Below, piece by piece: positions 9,296-19,566 of a DNA stretch of 64,000 nucleotides. The translations under genes were made by a program, and so were the position numbers. This DNA is from a virus (Duplodnaviria > Caudoviricetes). The stretch is from IMG/VR virus record IMGVR_UViG_3300042561_000440, positions 363-64,362 of that record; one strand, 5' to 3'. The notes beneath the pieces were generated by a model that did not search any database, was not told the origin of the DNA, and saw only the letters and a program-made list of their open reading frames with translations. Numbering within the stretch: position 1 is the first letter of the stretch; every line of letters begins with the position of its first letter.

Positions 9296-9904
9296 ATGGT
9301 CATCGACATCAAAAAACTGCGACTGCAACAGAGGAACGCTCGTCCCGAGAACAGGGAGCGAAGGCGACTGTACTCACTGGCTAATAAAGAAAAGCACGCT
9401 GCGTACTCAAAGAAATGGCGGGAAGCCAACCCTGAACTGCGGAGAGCCTCCAAGCGCAGGTGGGAAAAGGCCAACCCAGAAAAACACGCCGAGTCCACCC
9501 GCCGCCAACACCGCGAATACATGAAGAAACGCAAGGCACAAGACCTAGACTTTCGGATTTGCGTCCAGTTGCGGGATAGGACAAGTCAAGCCATCAAGAA
9601 CGAATCCAAAGCTGGCTCTGCCGTCCGAGATTTGGGCATGAGCAGTGCCGACTTCAAGCTACACATTGCGTCCCAGTTCAGCCCCGGAATGGAATGGGAA
9701 ACGTGGGGCAGTTCCTTTGAGCTTGACCACATTTACCCCCTCGCTGGTGCCGACCTGAACGACCGTTGCCAATTCAAGGCCGTAGCCAACTGGCGTAACT
9801 ACCAGCCCCTGACCCCCGAAGACAACAGCACGAAGGGCGACTCCATCACTGACGCTGCCCGTGAGCGGTTTGAGGTTCTCGCCAACTTTTTGGAGGTGAT
9901 GTAA
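9296..9904 (+). CDS. HNH endonuclease (homing type)
   Basis: Basic helical repeats (WREANPE/WEKANPE), then ELDHIYPL...NYQPL..EDNSTKGD. Confidence 0.8.
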   Translation: MVIDIKKLRLQQRNARPENRERRRLYSLANKEKHAAYSKKWREANPELRRASKRRWEKANPEKHAESTRRQHREYMKKRKAQDLDFRICVQLRDRTSQAIKNESKAGSAVRDLGMSSADFKLHIASQFSPGMEWETWGSSFELDHIYPLAGADLNDRCQFKAVANWRNYQPLTPEDNSTKGDSITDAARERFEVLANFLEVM

Positions 9905-11988
9905 TGCCCGCCCCAGCCCGTCCCGCCCCCATCAAGGTCATTGCTGACTCGACCCGCTTCGCAAACGGGATCGTGGGTGTCTACACGGACGCTGAAGTCG
10001 ATGCTCTGCTTGCAAATCTGCCAGCAGGAGTTGGCGAACCCGCCATCACTGTCCACGCTGGGTCGCCCCCTGTGCCGCTCTCCGGTGACCCAACCCCGCA
10101 AGAGCTAGAAGACTCTTTTGCGGCCCTGTCCAATGGATTGCATTACTACCCAGACGGCGGGGCTCTTATTGCTGTCTTGCGTGGAGAATATCAGACAACC
10201 ATTACGATCACTGGTGCCGTCAAGTCGGTTGCCCAGATCGTCAAGTCTTCGGCGGGCCTGCCCACTCCCGACAACCCGTCAATGGTTGTCACGCAGATGG
10301 CTGACGGGAAGTGGTTTAGGGTCAAGGGCGACAGGCGGGATCAGCCGTTTGGCGACCCGGAGATAGTTGACATCTTCAAGTTGGTCAGTGGCGGTGACCT
10401 GACGGCTCTGAATGCCTACTACACGGGGCTGGAGGTCGAGGCCCTACTGGCTCCGATCAAGAATGACATCGCAGCCTTGGCATCCAACCAAGGCCAACAG
10501 CCACAGCCGGTAGACCTTGACCTTATCAACAGCCAGTTGCAGAGCCTCGCCACCATCACCCAAGACGTGATGGACAAGGTGGACGCCAAGGCCGACAAGA
10601 CCACGGTGGCAACTCTTAGCACCACCCTGATGAACTCCATCATGGAGGTGAAGGATGACGTTTACACCAAGTCCGAAGTCGATGACAAGCTGGAAGCCGA
10701 CAAGGACTTCTCCATTGCCAACGACAACGTGCTTCTGGGTCAGATCACCTCCCTCCAAGAGATCGTGTCCAATCTGGGCACTGACATCGGAACTGGCCAG
10801 ATCGACGTTCTGGATGCCATTCGGGACGTTGAGATTGAACCCTCAATGGTGTCGCTCACAGGGGATGCAAACTCCCCGATTGCGTGGAAGGGTGGCCTGT
10901 CCCTGACTCCGGTCAAAGAAGGTGACCACTGGCGGCTGAATTGGAATGACGGCAAGGCCATCCACACCCTTGTTCATGGCGACGAGTTCACTTCAGCCAA
11001 TATCGTCGCCGCACTGGCTAGCCAAGACGTTTCGGTGGCGAACCTCCAGACCGGGGGGCTTGAACTCAACGAACTGTTTATGGGTGCTGCCGGTGACCGG
11101 CTCATCACTCAGGTGGCTGGTGGCTCCGAGAACACGGTTGCCTACCTGTCTGACCTATCTGGCTATGCCCCGATCTCCACGACCACGCTCATCACAACCC
11201 AGATTCAGGCACTGTTCGACAGCATCTACACCCGGGCAGAGAGCGATGATCGGTATGCGGCCAAGTCGGACAACAGCCAGAACCTTTTTGCCAAGACCAT
11301 TGTGGCCCAAGCGGTTGGCTTTGGTGACTCAGCCCTAACCCCAGCCGCCCTGACCTATACCGATACCGGAGAAGGCTTTGGCCCACGGCTGGTGTTCGCG
11401 GTTGGCATGGTCAACGACTATGTGGCCCTGCGGAGTGACTTTGAGCCAATCAAGTCCCGCATAGACGCCCTTGAGAGCAAGGCCGAACCGGCTTCGGTTG
11501 ATGCCTACACGAAGGCACAGGTTGATGCCAAGCTGGCTGCCATTAACCCGACCAGTGCCGCCAACATCAATGACCCTGCCTTGGCTGCTTTCAAGAAGTC
11601 TGTGCTTGATGAAGTGAAGTTGATGCTGGTGGGCGGCACGAAAATGCCACCGGCAGACATTGATTGGACACCGATCATCCGAATGGAGGGCGCGAAGGAA
11701 ACAGCCTCAACGCAGATTGAAGCCCGAATGCTTGGCGGGTTCATCGAACTCAAGGGGACTTTGACGTTCAATGCTGGCAGCGGCGATTGGGTGCCGCTGC
11801 GACTGCCGCCACAGTTCCCGATGGCCGAAATTGAAGCGAAATACCCGCTTGCCATGCGGCTCGTTGGGTCTGCCGTTACCTATGGCTACTGCACCGTCAG
11901 CAACAAAAACCGCGACATCTATGTAAGTCCCGGCGCACGATCAAGCGAGGCGACATTTTCTGGCATTCGATGGAAGGCGGCGTACTGA
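9904..11988 (+). CDS. Tail/fibre protein
   Basis: Repeated YTxxEVD fibre motifs (YTDAEVD, YTKSEVD, YTKAQVD), coiled coil, C-terminal beta receptor-binding-like domain. Confidence 0.7.
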   Translation: MPAPARPAPIKVIADSTRFANGIVGVYTDAEVDALLANLPAGVGEPAITVHAGSPPVPLSGDPTPQELEDSFAALSNGLHYYPDGGALIAVLRGEYQTTITITGAVKSVAQIVKSSAGLPTPDNPSMVVTQMADGKWFRVKGDRRDQPFGDPEIVDIFKLVSGGDLTALNAYYTGLEVEALLAPIKNDIAALASNQGQQPQPVDLDLINSQLQSLATITQDVMDKVDAKADKTTVATLSTTLMNSIMEVKDDVYTKSEVDDKLEADKDFSIANDNVLLGQITSLQEIVSNLGTDIGTGQIDVLDAIRDVEIEPSMVSLTGDANSPIAWKGGLSLTPVKEGDHWRLNWNDGKAIHTLVHGDEFTSANIVAALASQDVSVANLQTGGLELNELFMGAAGDRLITQVAGGSENTVAYLSDLSGYAPISTTTLITTQIQALFDSIYTRAESDDRYAAKSDNSQNLFAKTIVAQAVGFGDSALTPAALTYTDTGEGFGPRLVFAVGMVNDYVALRSDFEPIKSRIDALESKAEPASVDAYTKAQVDAKLAAINPTSAANINDPALAAFKKSVLDEVKLMLVGGTKMPPADIDWTPIIRMEGAKETASTQIEARMLGGFIELKGTLTFNAGSGDWVPLRLPPQFPMAEIEAKYPLAMRLVGSAVTYGYCTVSNKNRDIYVSPGARSSEATFSGIRWKAAY

Positions 11989-11990
11989 CA

Positions 11991-12953
11991 ATGCAAAACC
12001 GAAAAGCCTTTACCCTCGTTGAGTTGCTGGTGGTCATTGCCATCATCGGCACCCTCGTTGGCTTTCTCCTCCCGGCCATTCAGGCTGCGAGGGAGTCGGC
12101 CCGCAGGACCACCTGCACCAACAACCTCAAGCAGTTGTCCTTGGCCTGCATCAGCCATGAATCGGCCCAAAAGACATTCCCAAGAGGCACCAAGTGCTAT
12201 GACGGCAGCTATGCCAATCTGGCCAAGAAGAGCCCGGTGGTAGACGGGGATTTGCGCTGGCATCACGATCATGCCTTTTTGAGTTACGCCCTGCCCTACA
12301 TTGAGTCAGAGGCCACCATCAAGAGGTTCGATCAGGACAAGAGCTTCACCAACGAGGCCAACAAAGAGGCCCGCAGGGGAATGCTTGCCTTGTCATTCAT
12401 GGCCTGCCCTTCTGACATCGGACTCCAGAAGAACGAATGGGACTTGGATCGCTGGGCTAGGGTTCGCATGAACTACGTCTGCAACTACGGCAACACCAAC
12501 TACGGTCAGGCCACCAAGTCCGGCGTTGCCCACGGCGGTGCCCCTTTCACTATGGTGGTGGGAGTCAAGCCCGCACAGGTCACAGACGGCCTCTCCAAGA
12601 CGATGTTGCTGTCCGAAACAACTGTCACAGGCCCAGAGGACTCATGGCAGGGGCCACCTTCCGATGTGTCTTTTGCAAACGGCGGGCAAACATACACCGC
12701 ATGGCTCATCCCTAATAGCACTGTCTGCGAAGAGACTGTTAGGTATCCGACTGCCCTGAACGGCAGGCCAGCCGGATGTACTACGCTGGAGGATTGGGAG
12801 TTGCAGGTGCTGTCAGCCCGCTCCAAGCACCCGGCTGGTGTGGTGATAGCGAACTGTGATGGGGCCACCCGGCTCGTTGCCAATCAAGTTGACCTTGCCG
12901 TCTGGCGGTCTGCCAGCACTGCCAAGGGCGGCGAAACACTGGTACTGGAATAA
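11991..12953 (+). CDS. DUF1559 prepilin-type N-terminal cleavage/methylation protein with H-X9-DG motif
   Basis: [16 protein letters not shown]...[18 protein letters not shown]; CPSD; DGLSKT; [14 protein letters not shown]. Confidence 0.93.
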   Translation: MQNRKAFTLVELLVVIAIIGTLVGFLLPAIQAARESARRTTCTNNLKQLSLACISHESAQKTFPRGTKCYDGSYANLAKKSPVVDGDLRWHHDHAFLSYALPYIESEATIKRFDQDKSFTNEANKEARRGMLALSFMACPSDIGLQKNEWDLDRWARVRMNYVCNYGNTNYGQATKSGVAHGGAPFTMVVGVKPAQVTDGLSKTMLLSETTVTGPEDSWQGPPSDVSFANGGQTYTAWLIPNSTVCEETVRYPTALNGRPAGCTTLEDWELQVLSARSKHPAGVVIANCDGATRLVANQVDLAVWRSASTAKGGETLVLE

Positions 12954-12957
12954 GACC

Positions 12958-13167
12958 ATGGCATCACTCGCATATTGGAGCGGCACGAAGTGGGTCACCA
13001 TCTCCACTGGTAGTGGTGGTGGTGGCAGTGGACTGCCCGGACCTCCCGGCCCCAAGGGGGACAAAGGTGACAAGGGAGAGGACGGCAAGTCCATCTCTGT
13101 CAGCAAGCAACCTTCCCAGCCTGCTACCGCAGAGATGGGCGACGTTTGGATTCAGGAACAACCCTAA
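12958..13167 (+). CDS. Mini collagen-like fibre protein
   Basis: YWSGTKWV, Gly-X-Y run, QPATAEMGDVWI; ATG at 12958. Confidence 0.75.
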   Translation: MASLAYWSGTKWVTISTGSGGGGSGLPGPPGPKGDKGDKGEDGKSISVSKQPSQPATAEMGDVWIQEQP

Positions 13168-13185
13168 TAAGAAAGGTGATGGAAG

Positions 13186-13656
13186 ATGGCCAATAACGCA
13201 TACATCTACGACGGTACAAGGTGGGTCAGCATCGTTGGTCCCGAAGGCCCGGAAGGTCCCGAAGGTCCCAAGGGCGACCCGGGCGAGGACGGCAAGGACG
13301 GCAGTGGCGTAACCATCAAGGGAACGGCCACGGTCTATCCCCCATCTGCGACCCCCACTGCCGGTGATATGTACCTTGTCGATGACCCGGTTCCGGCTGG
13401 CTTTCCCCCCGGCACTCAGCCCGGCGACGGCCTCGTCTGGACCGGCACGGCTTGGGAAAACGTCGGTGCCATCCGTGGTCCTAAGGGCGAGCGCGGCGAC
13501 AGGGGTGACAAGGGTGCTGACGGTGCCGATGGTGCCGATGGTGCCCCCGGCGTGGACGGTCAGGCCGGTGAGGATGGCAAATCCATCAAGGTCAGCGTCC
13601 AGAACTCCCAGCCTGCTACGGCAGCGGCGGGCGATGTCTGGATAGATCCCGCCTAA
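13186..13656 (+). CDS. Collagen-like fibre protein
   Basis: YIYDGTRWV, two Gly-X-Y runs, QPATAAAGDVWI. Confidence 0.8.
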   Translation: MANNAYIYDGTRWVSIVGPEGPEGPEGPKGDPGEDGKDGSGVTIKGTATVYPPSATPTAGDMYLVDDPVPAGFPPGTQPGDGLVWTGTAWENVGAIRGPKGERGDRGDKGADGADGADGAPGVDGQAGEDGKSIKVSVQNSQPATAAAGDVWIDPA

Positions 13657-13737
13657 AGGGGGGGTATCGCTAACAAACCCCAAGAATCAGGGGGGTGCGC
13701 TGGTGGGAATGCCACCGCCCCCCTTGGAGGAAGAGCA

Positions 13738-14262
13738 ATGAGAGATTGGTCGAAGTCCAGCCCGAAAGTCCACGTTACCGCCGAGCAACTCCGTGAGATG
13801 CACCATGATCGCCGGATGTCGTTCAAGGAAATGGGTGCCCAGCTTGGGTGCGGCAGGTCGCAAGTCCAGAGGCTAATGAAGAAGCACGGCATCGAAGCAC
13901 TCCCCGTAAACCGTCCAGAAAGAAGTGCCAAGATCGCCGCCAAGCGGAAAGGCCAGTTCACCCCCATGCAGGCCAAGTGGTCTGGTCGCTCCTGCCTCAA
14001 GGTCACCGTGGACGGCAAGCGAGTTCAAGCCCACCGAGCAATGGCAGAAATGATCCTTGGCCGAAAGCTCACTGCGGACGAGACAGTCCACCACTGCGAC
14101 AACGACCAAAAGAACAACAGCCCAGACAACCTGTGGGTGTTTCCAACCAAGGCAGATCACACCCGATACCACCGCACCGGAGAAGTCGCCATCGGCACCA
14201 TGCCGCTGGGCGAGTTTGTCATGCGGGGCCCACAACCAGTCAGCAATAACAAGGTGGCATAG
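13738..14262 (+). CDS. HNH endonuclease with N-terminal HTH
   Basis: SFKEMGAQLGCGRSQVQR HTH; AHRAMAE..LGRKL...VHHCDNDQKNNSPDNL; GGAGG RBS. Confidence 0.85.
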   Translation: MRDWSKSSPKVHVTAEQLREMHHDRRMSFKEMGAQLGCGRSQVQRLMKKHGIEALPVNRPERSAKIAAKRKGQFTPMQAKWSGRSCLKVTVDGKRVQAHRAMAEMILGRKLTADETVHHCDNDQKNNSPDNLWVFPTKADHTRYHRTGEVAIGTMPLGEFVMRGPQPVSNNKVA

Positions 14263-15701
14263 TGGCTAAAGACGTAAAAATCTATGACGGCTCCGATTGG
14301 CACTCCATCAAAGGCCCCAAGGGTGATGACGGAGCCAAGGGCGATGCTGGTGTGCCCGGACCAACGGCTGTTTCTGCGGACGCTGGCAATGTCCTAGAGG
14401 TAGGTGCCGATAGCCTCCTCAAGCTGGACCCCGCCAAGCTCGACTCCCGATTCGTCAACGTCACGGGCGACACGATGACCGGGCAGTTGAGGATTGAGGG
14501 GCCGTCCAGCCCCAACGGGCTTATGCACCTTGTAGGCGAAACGGCGGCTTTTACTGCCGAAAGCTACTCCAACACGGCATCCAGCGGAGCGATCTACCGT
14601 GCAAGGCGGGCGAGGGGAACATCTGCCGCACCGCTGGCCGTCCAAGCTGGCGACCGGATTCTCGGCCTGAGCCAAGCGGGCGCAAGGCAGGATGGCACCT
14701 TCCGCAATGCGGGCCTGTTTGCACTCAATGTCACGGACACGCCGCTCCCGACTGACAATGCGCTAAAGACTCATTGGCAGTTGTCGGCTGGCAATGGGCT
14801 GGGTACGGGCGTGAGTGTCATAGCGGAGTTCGGAATCAAGGGCTCCTTTCTCAACACCGAAGCCCTTGGCGTGAACCTCCTTGACCCGACTCACAATTTG
14901 GAAGTGGGCGGCGATACGATGTTACGCGGCCCGCTGGAAGTGGTGGGGGACATTACCAGCACAGGAACTGCCCACAACTTCGCTGCCGATAGCATCCTCG
15001 TTTCCGCCGTCAGTGGTGCCGTCAAAAAGACGGGCGACACCATGACGGGGCCGCTCAAGATCGAGGCACCCGCCGCTCCGAACGGATGGTTTCAAGCGGT
15101 CGGTGATGCTGCGTCATTCACGGGCGAGAGCTATTCAAACACAGCCACCAGCGGAGCTATTTATCGGTCGAGGCGGGCGAGGGGAACTGCGTCGGCACCG
15201 CTGGCCGTTCAAGCTGGGGATCGGATTTCCTCCATGAGCCAAATGGGCCAGCGTGGGGACGGAACATGGAGGAATTGCGGTGCGATTCTTCTTGATGTTT
15301 TGGACACGCCAGCCCCGACCGACAACACGATCAAGACGCGATGGATCATTCAAGCCGGAAACGGCTCTATCGTGACGCCGATTCTGGTTATGGAGGCCGG
15401 TTCGTCCTATTTCGCCTGTCCGCGCGTTGGCATTGGATCGGCCGTTCCAACTTGCCAGCTTGACGTTCTCGGTGACACGGCACTGCGTGGCAATGTTGAT
15501 GTCACTGGCAACATCACAAGCACCGGCACGGCTCACTCGTTCGCCGCTGGCTCCATCCCCGCCCCCGCCGTTATCGGCGGCACGGCCAGCACCCCGACCG
15601 CTGGCACTGTGGCGGCATGGGGTTCGATGCGGTGGGATGAAAACTTCCTCTACATCCGCACCGGAACAGGCTGGAAAAAAGTAGCCCTCTCAGCCCTCTA
15701 G
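14262..15701 (+). CDS. Tail fibre protein with internal tandem duplication
   Basis: GDTMTG fibre motifs; two ~189-aa units; C-terminal WDENFLYIRTGTGWKKVAL. Confidence 0.8.
   Translation: MAKDVKIYDGSDWHSIKGPKGDDGAKGDAGVPGPTAVSADAGNVLEVGADSLLKLDPAKLDSRFVNVTGDTMTGQLRIEGPSSPNGLMHLVGETAAFTAESYSNTASSGAIYRARRARGTSAAPLAVQAGDRILGLSQAGARQDGTFRNAGLFALNVTDTPLPTDNALKTHWQLSAGNGLGTGVSVIAEFGIKGSFLNTEALGVNLLDPTHNLEVGGDTMLRGPLEVVGDITSTGTAHNFAADSILVSAVSGAVKKTGDTMTGPLKIEAPAAPNGWFQAVGDAASFTGESYSNTATSGAIYRSRRARGTASAPLAVQAGDRISSMSQMGQRGDGTWRNCGAILLDVLDTPAPTDNTIKTRWIIQAGNGSIVTPILVMEAGSSYFACPRVGIGSAVPTCQLDVLGDTALRGNVDVTGNITSTGTAHSFAAGSIPAPAVIGGTASTPTAGTVAAWGSMRWDENFLYIRTGTGWKKVALSAL
14463..15560 (+). repeat. Two diverged direct repeats, period 567 nt, in the fibre gene
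   Basis: acgggcgacac..atgac.ggg at 14463 and 15030; shared ESYSNTA.SGAIYR.RRARGT..APLAVQAGDRI. Confidence 0.85.
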
Positions 15702-15710
15702 GAGTTAACC

Positions 15711-15881
15711 ATGACCGACGAGATTGATCGAGAAGTTGCCGACACTGAAGCCATGCTTGCCGAACTGAAGAAACGTCAGGCCGAAGAGGCAAAAATAACT
15801 GCCGTTCAGGACGCAGCACTTGCGAAAGTTCGTGCTGAATGTGCAGCGGCCCGTGCCGGACATTCAATTGACGAGGAGTGA
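15711..15881 (+). CDS. Small coiled-coil protein (possible fibre chaperone)
   Basis: AGGAG RBS; MTDEIDREVADTEAMLAELKKRQ..., 56 aa, below the ORF track cutoff. Confidence 0.6.
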   Translation: MTDEIDREVADTEAMLAELKKRQAEEAKITAVQDAALAKVRAECAAARAGHSIDEE

Positions 15882-15883
15882 CC

Positions 15884-18493
15884 ATGGTCTTTTCCCCCAG
15901 CACCTGCGAGCCCAAGCCCCAGACCTCTCCATTCAGGATGGTGAGCCGTCCTGCTATTGAGTGGTCTACGATCAACCCTGTGCTTGGGCTGGGGGAATGT
16001 GCCCATGAAACTGACACTGGCCGATTCAAGGTTGGTGACGGCAAGACTCCCTATAAGAACCTCGCCTACCAGATGAGCATTGGGGTTCCGGGCGAGCCGG
16101 GTCCAGTGGGCTCAGACGGACCTCCGGGCCCCCCGGGCCCTCGCGGCGAACGTGGTGAACAGGGTCCTGTCGGAGCGGCTGGTCCTGCCACGGTTCTCCA
16201 GATTGGGACGGTTGCATCTGGGCCAATTCCCAGCGTCACTCTGGTGGGCAATGCTCCCTTGCAGACTCTGAACTGGGTCATCCCCAAGGGTGAGAAGGGT
16301 GATGCCGGGGCCACCAACTCCTTGAAGATTGGCACGGTGGTGGCGGGCATCAACCCTGCCGCAACGATCACCGGAAATGCCCCCGATCAGACCCTCAATC
16401 TGGTGCTGCCAAGAGGCGAGAAGGGTGATGCCGGTGCGCAGGGGACCCCGGGTGTCAAGGGTGACCGTGGTGACGTAGGGCCCAAGGGGGACACCGGCGC
16501 AGGTGCTGTCATCAAGGGAACCGCCAGTGCCTATCCGCCCGTAGCGAACCCTGTAGTCAACGACCTCTACATCTTGGGCAGTGCCGCCTCCCTGACTGGT
16601 GCCCCTGCCTCCAGCGTTGGTCCTGCATCTGTTGGTGATGGCGTGGTGTGGACTGGGACTAGCTGGGTCAACGTCGGCCCGCTGCGAGGCTCCCAAGGTA
16701 TTCAGGGTAACGTCGGCCCTTCTGGTCCGGCTGGCCCCGCCGGTCCTGCCACCACCCTTGCCATCGGGGCTGTGTCAGCGGGCACTATTGCTCAGGCATC
16801 GCTGACGGGCACGGCTCCCAACCAGACCTTGAACTTGGTCCTGCCCAAAGGTGATGCCGGTGTGGCCGGGCCCAAGGGGGATGCTGGTGCGGTTGGCCCG
16901 GCTGGCCCGCCCAACTCGCTCACTGTCGGAACGGTCACCCAAGGCGTGGCTGGAAGTGCCCCCACTGTGACCATTACCGGAGTGGCCCCGGCCCAGACCA
17001 TCTCGTTCCGGTTCCCGGTTCCCGCCGACCCGGCTGTCAACAAGCTCTCGATTGGCACGGTGACTCAAGGTGGTGTCCCCAGTGCCACGATCACCGGGAC
17101 GCCCCCGAATCAGATACTCAATCTGGTGCTGCCTAATCCGCAGGTCACGCAGTCCACTTCGTTCTCGGTCAACCCTGTCAACGCCTCTGGGTTTGTAGGC
17201 GAGTCTGTTTCATTTACGGCCACCGCCCAATCCACAGAAGGCCCTCTGGTCTACAAGTGGCAGGTGTCAAACGACAACGGGGCGACCTTCGCCGACATTA
17301 CCGGGGCTGGCACAAACACCTACACATTCACCCCTGTTCTTGCAGATTCTGGGAAGCGGTACAGGTGTGTTGCTACCACTCCCACGCTGGGGCCCACTTA
17401 CAGCCTGATTGCAACACTGACTGTCACGGTCAGGCCCATTCCAGATGGCTCGTCGTGGCGAGCCGGGGTCGCAAATGGCTCAGGATACATCGAGTTCCTC
17501 AATGGCCTGTTCATTGCTGGCAACGGACGTTGGTCTACGGACGGTGCCGAATGGACGAACGCAATGCCGACAGGAATCGATCTGTTTCATCGCGGAGCTT
17601 TCGGGAACGGAACGTGGGTTGCTGGCAAGAGAGTGCCAGCGGAGTTCGTGACCGGCCTCAGCACAAGGCCCGAATACTTTGTTGCCTGCACTAGTGCTGA
17701 CGGCAAAAACTGGACTGCAAGAGAGTCCTTCAGTTTGTTTGGCGGAAATCTTTTGGGATCACAAAACGCAATCTTTGGATACGGATTTGGAAAGTTTGTC
17801 TGCTTCTACAGCACAGAAAGAAACTACTACGTCCAAGGGTCCACCGTTGTCCGAAAGCTAAATGTAATTGTTGCTATGTGGAGTTCTGACGGGATCACTT
17901 GGAACAACTGCCCTGCCATTACCGGAATGGTGACAGGAAACTCGCCGCTAAATACCGCTGCAACGGGCTTTACGGCAACGGCACAGGCCAATGCCTTTAC
18001 GAGAATGACCTCCGTGGCCACAGGCACCGGCAACAGCCCGCTCATGGTAGCCACCGGATTGATAGTGTCAGGCGCAACGAACCAATACTTAGCCAGTGCC
18101 GATGGAATCACTTGGGTTCTGAAAACTTTCCCAGCGTTTGTTGCCGTGCAGGACGTTGCTTTTGGTGCCACTAACTTTGTGGCTGTCGGAACGGGCGGTG
18201 TCTGCTTCCGCACAGCTACGCCAGCAACTCCGCTTACCACCGCAAGCATTGCTTTCTCGGTTGCCAATATGCCAGCAACTGCAAGCTGGAGTGGCATCAC
18301 CTATGGAAACGGCAAGTTCGTGGCAGTGGCAAACGGATCGGCCACGGCAGCTAACTCCGTTGACGGGGCTACATGGGCACAGAAGACCCTGCCGAGCAGT
18401 TCTTTGTGGGATGGCGTGGCGTTCGGCAACAACAGGTTTATTGCGTCAGCCGCCGCTGGCACCACCACTGCCGCCACCGCCATCAGTGATTAG
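15884..18493 (+). CDS. Long collagen fibre with Ig-like domain and C-terminal beta-propeller-like repeats
   Basis: Mtd-type N-terminus (NPVLGLGECAHETDTGRFKVGDG), Gly-X-Y plus IGTV..G..LNLVLP repeats, YKWQVSND..YRC Ig, SxDGxxW / FGNG repeats. Confidence 0.85.
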   Translation: MVFSPSTCEPKPQTSPFRMVSRPAIEWSTINPVLGLGECAHETDTGRFKVGDGKTPYKNLAYQMSIGVPGEPGPVGSDGPPGPPGPRGERGEQGPVGAAGPATVLQIGTVASGPIPSVTLVGNAPLQTLNWVIPKGEKGDAGATNSLKIGTVVAGINPAATITGNAPDQTLNLVLPRGEKGDAGAQGTPGVKGDRGDVGPKGDTGAGAVIKGTASAYPPVANPVVNDLYILGSAASLTGAPASSVGPASVGDGVVWTGTSWVNVGPLRGSQGIQGNVGPSGPAGPAGPATTLAIGAVSAGTIAQASLTGTAPNQTLNLVLPKGDAGVAGPKGDAGAVGPAGPPNSLTVGTVTQGVAGSAPTVTITGVAPAQTISFRFPVPADPAVNKLSIGTVTQGGVPSATITGTPPNQILNLVLPNPQVTQSTSFSVNPVNASGFVGESVSFTATAQSTEGPLVYKWQVSNDNGATFADITGAGTNTYTFTPVLADSGKRYRCVATTPTLGPTYSLIATLTVTVRPIPDGSSWRAGVANGSGYIEFLNGLFIAGNGRWSTDGAEWTNAMPTGIDLFHRGAFGNGTWVAGKRVPAEFVTGLSTRPEYFVACTSADGKNWTARESFSLFGGNLLGSQNAIFGYGFGKFVCFYSTERNYYVQGSTVVRKLNVIVAMWSSDGITWNNCPAITGMVTGNSPLNTAATGFTATAQANAFTRMTSVATGTGNSPLMVATGLIVSGATNQYLASADGITWVLKTFPAFVAVQDVAFGATNFVAVGTGGVCFRTATPATPLTTASIAFSVANMPATASWSGITYGNGKFVAVANGSATAANSVDGATWAQKTLPSSSLWDGVAFGNNRFIASAAAGTTTAATAISD

Positions 18494-18501
18494 GAGTCCC
18501 C

Positions 18502-19566
18502 ATGTACACAGCACTCGATGCTTGCCAGTACCTCATGGACTCCGTTGGTGGCGGTGCCCAAGACCAAGAACACCGGGTCCTGCGGCAGTCGATCTTCCAT
18601 GCCTACCGGGACTTGGTGGCCGTCAGGGATTGGCGGTGGTATCAGGCCGAAGAGGAAATCAGCCTGTGCTGCCAGAACACAGTCTCCCGACATACCCTGC
18701 CGTGGGGCGTCCAATCCATAGATGCCTTCATGCTGCCCCAGACCGGGGTGGTGGCTGACTACCTGCGGCCTACTGAATGGACGCGATTGATCGAGTCCCA
18801 GTTCCGGGGGTTTGCCCGGATTGCTTGGACGATCCTGCCCTCGACCCTCCTGCCGGACAGGTTCGACCTGTGCGTTTTCAATGGGTGGGCGGGTGACAAC
18901 ACTGCCACCGTGACCTATCGCCGTCGCCCCCGTGACCTCCGTTTCACGGGCTGGGAGCCACAGGCCAGAAACGGCACGATTTCTTGGGATGGGGTGGATG
19001 TGGACGGTGACGGCACCACCTTTACCAACTTGATGGTGGGCAGTGTGATCCGCGTTTCGGCTGACCCAAAGCGGCACCCAGAGCCCCTCACCGGGATGAA
19101 CGCCTACTCGGACGAGGGCCTGATCTACGGGATCAACAACGGCAACTCCCTTTACGCCCGCAGTCCAGCCGGTGACATGAAGTATCAGGCGGGCACCAAG
19201 TTCGTCATTACCGACTACTTGGACTTGTCTCCCGGGATGTACACGGCCTTGTTGAGCGGCGCAGAAGTCTGGCTGGCTAGGCTGATGGGCAAGAACATCG
19301 AGGGGGCCACCGGCATCTACGGGCGTGACCTCCGCATGGCCTTTGAGTCTGACGCCATGGCTCCGCTCTCTGGAAGACGGGACAACGGTGGGAATGGGTA
19401 TGGCGGCGGGTACTACGCCATGTGGTATCTCCGACCGGGTGTTGACCAAGGCGTCCCCTCTCGCCCCTTTGGTGGCCCAAATGCTCAAGGAACCTGCCCA
19501 ATCCCGGCAGAGGTCTTTGGCGGCTCCTCCAGTTCCTCGTTTGATGACTGCGGGGCTCCCCAGTGA
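18502..19566 (+). CDS. Putative head-tail adaptor (tail tubular A-like)
   Basis: Position, helical N-terminus (IFHAYRDL..RDWRW), size. Confidence 0.55.
   Translation: MYTALDACQYLMDSVGGGAQDQEHRVLRQSIFHAYRDLVAVRDWRWYQAEEEISLCCQNTVSRHTLPWGVQSIDAFMLPQTGVVADYLRPTEWTRLIESQFRGFARIAWTILPSTLLPDRFDLCVFNGWAGDNTATVTYRRRPRDLRFTGWEPQARNGTISWDGVDVDGDGTTFTNLMVGSVIRVSADPKRHPEPLTGMNAYSDEGLIYGINNGNSLYARSPAGDMKYQAGTKFVITDYLDLSPGMYTALLSGAEVWLARLMGKNIEGATGIYGRDLRMAFESDAMAPLSGRRDNGGNGYGGGYYAMWYLRPGVDQGVPSRPFGGPNAQGTCPIPAEVFGGSSSSSFDDCGAPQ

Noticed and set aside
13165-13188. Stop-codon read-through joining 12958 and 13186 (same frame)
   Set aside because: Three in-frame stops (TAA, TAA, TGA) and a separate RBS; no sign of genetic code reassignment
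13657-14262. Group I intron carrying the HNH between two fibre genes
   Set aside because: Only about 80 nt of non-coding sequence with no intron core, and both flanking genes have their own stop or start
8012-18493. Diversity-generating retroelement suggested by Mtd-like N-termini
   Set aside because: No reverse transcriptase and no adenine-specific TR/VR pair seen; the Mtd-like part is only the anchor domain
18490-19488. 332-aa minus-strand ORF (also 62420..63565, 27298..28233, 46652..47653, 44752..45591)
   Set aside because: Antisense shadows of well-supported genes in GC-rich DNA; no motifs or RBS
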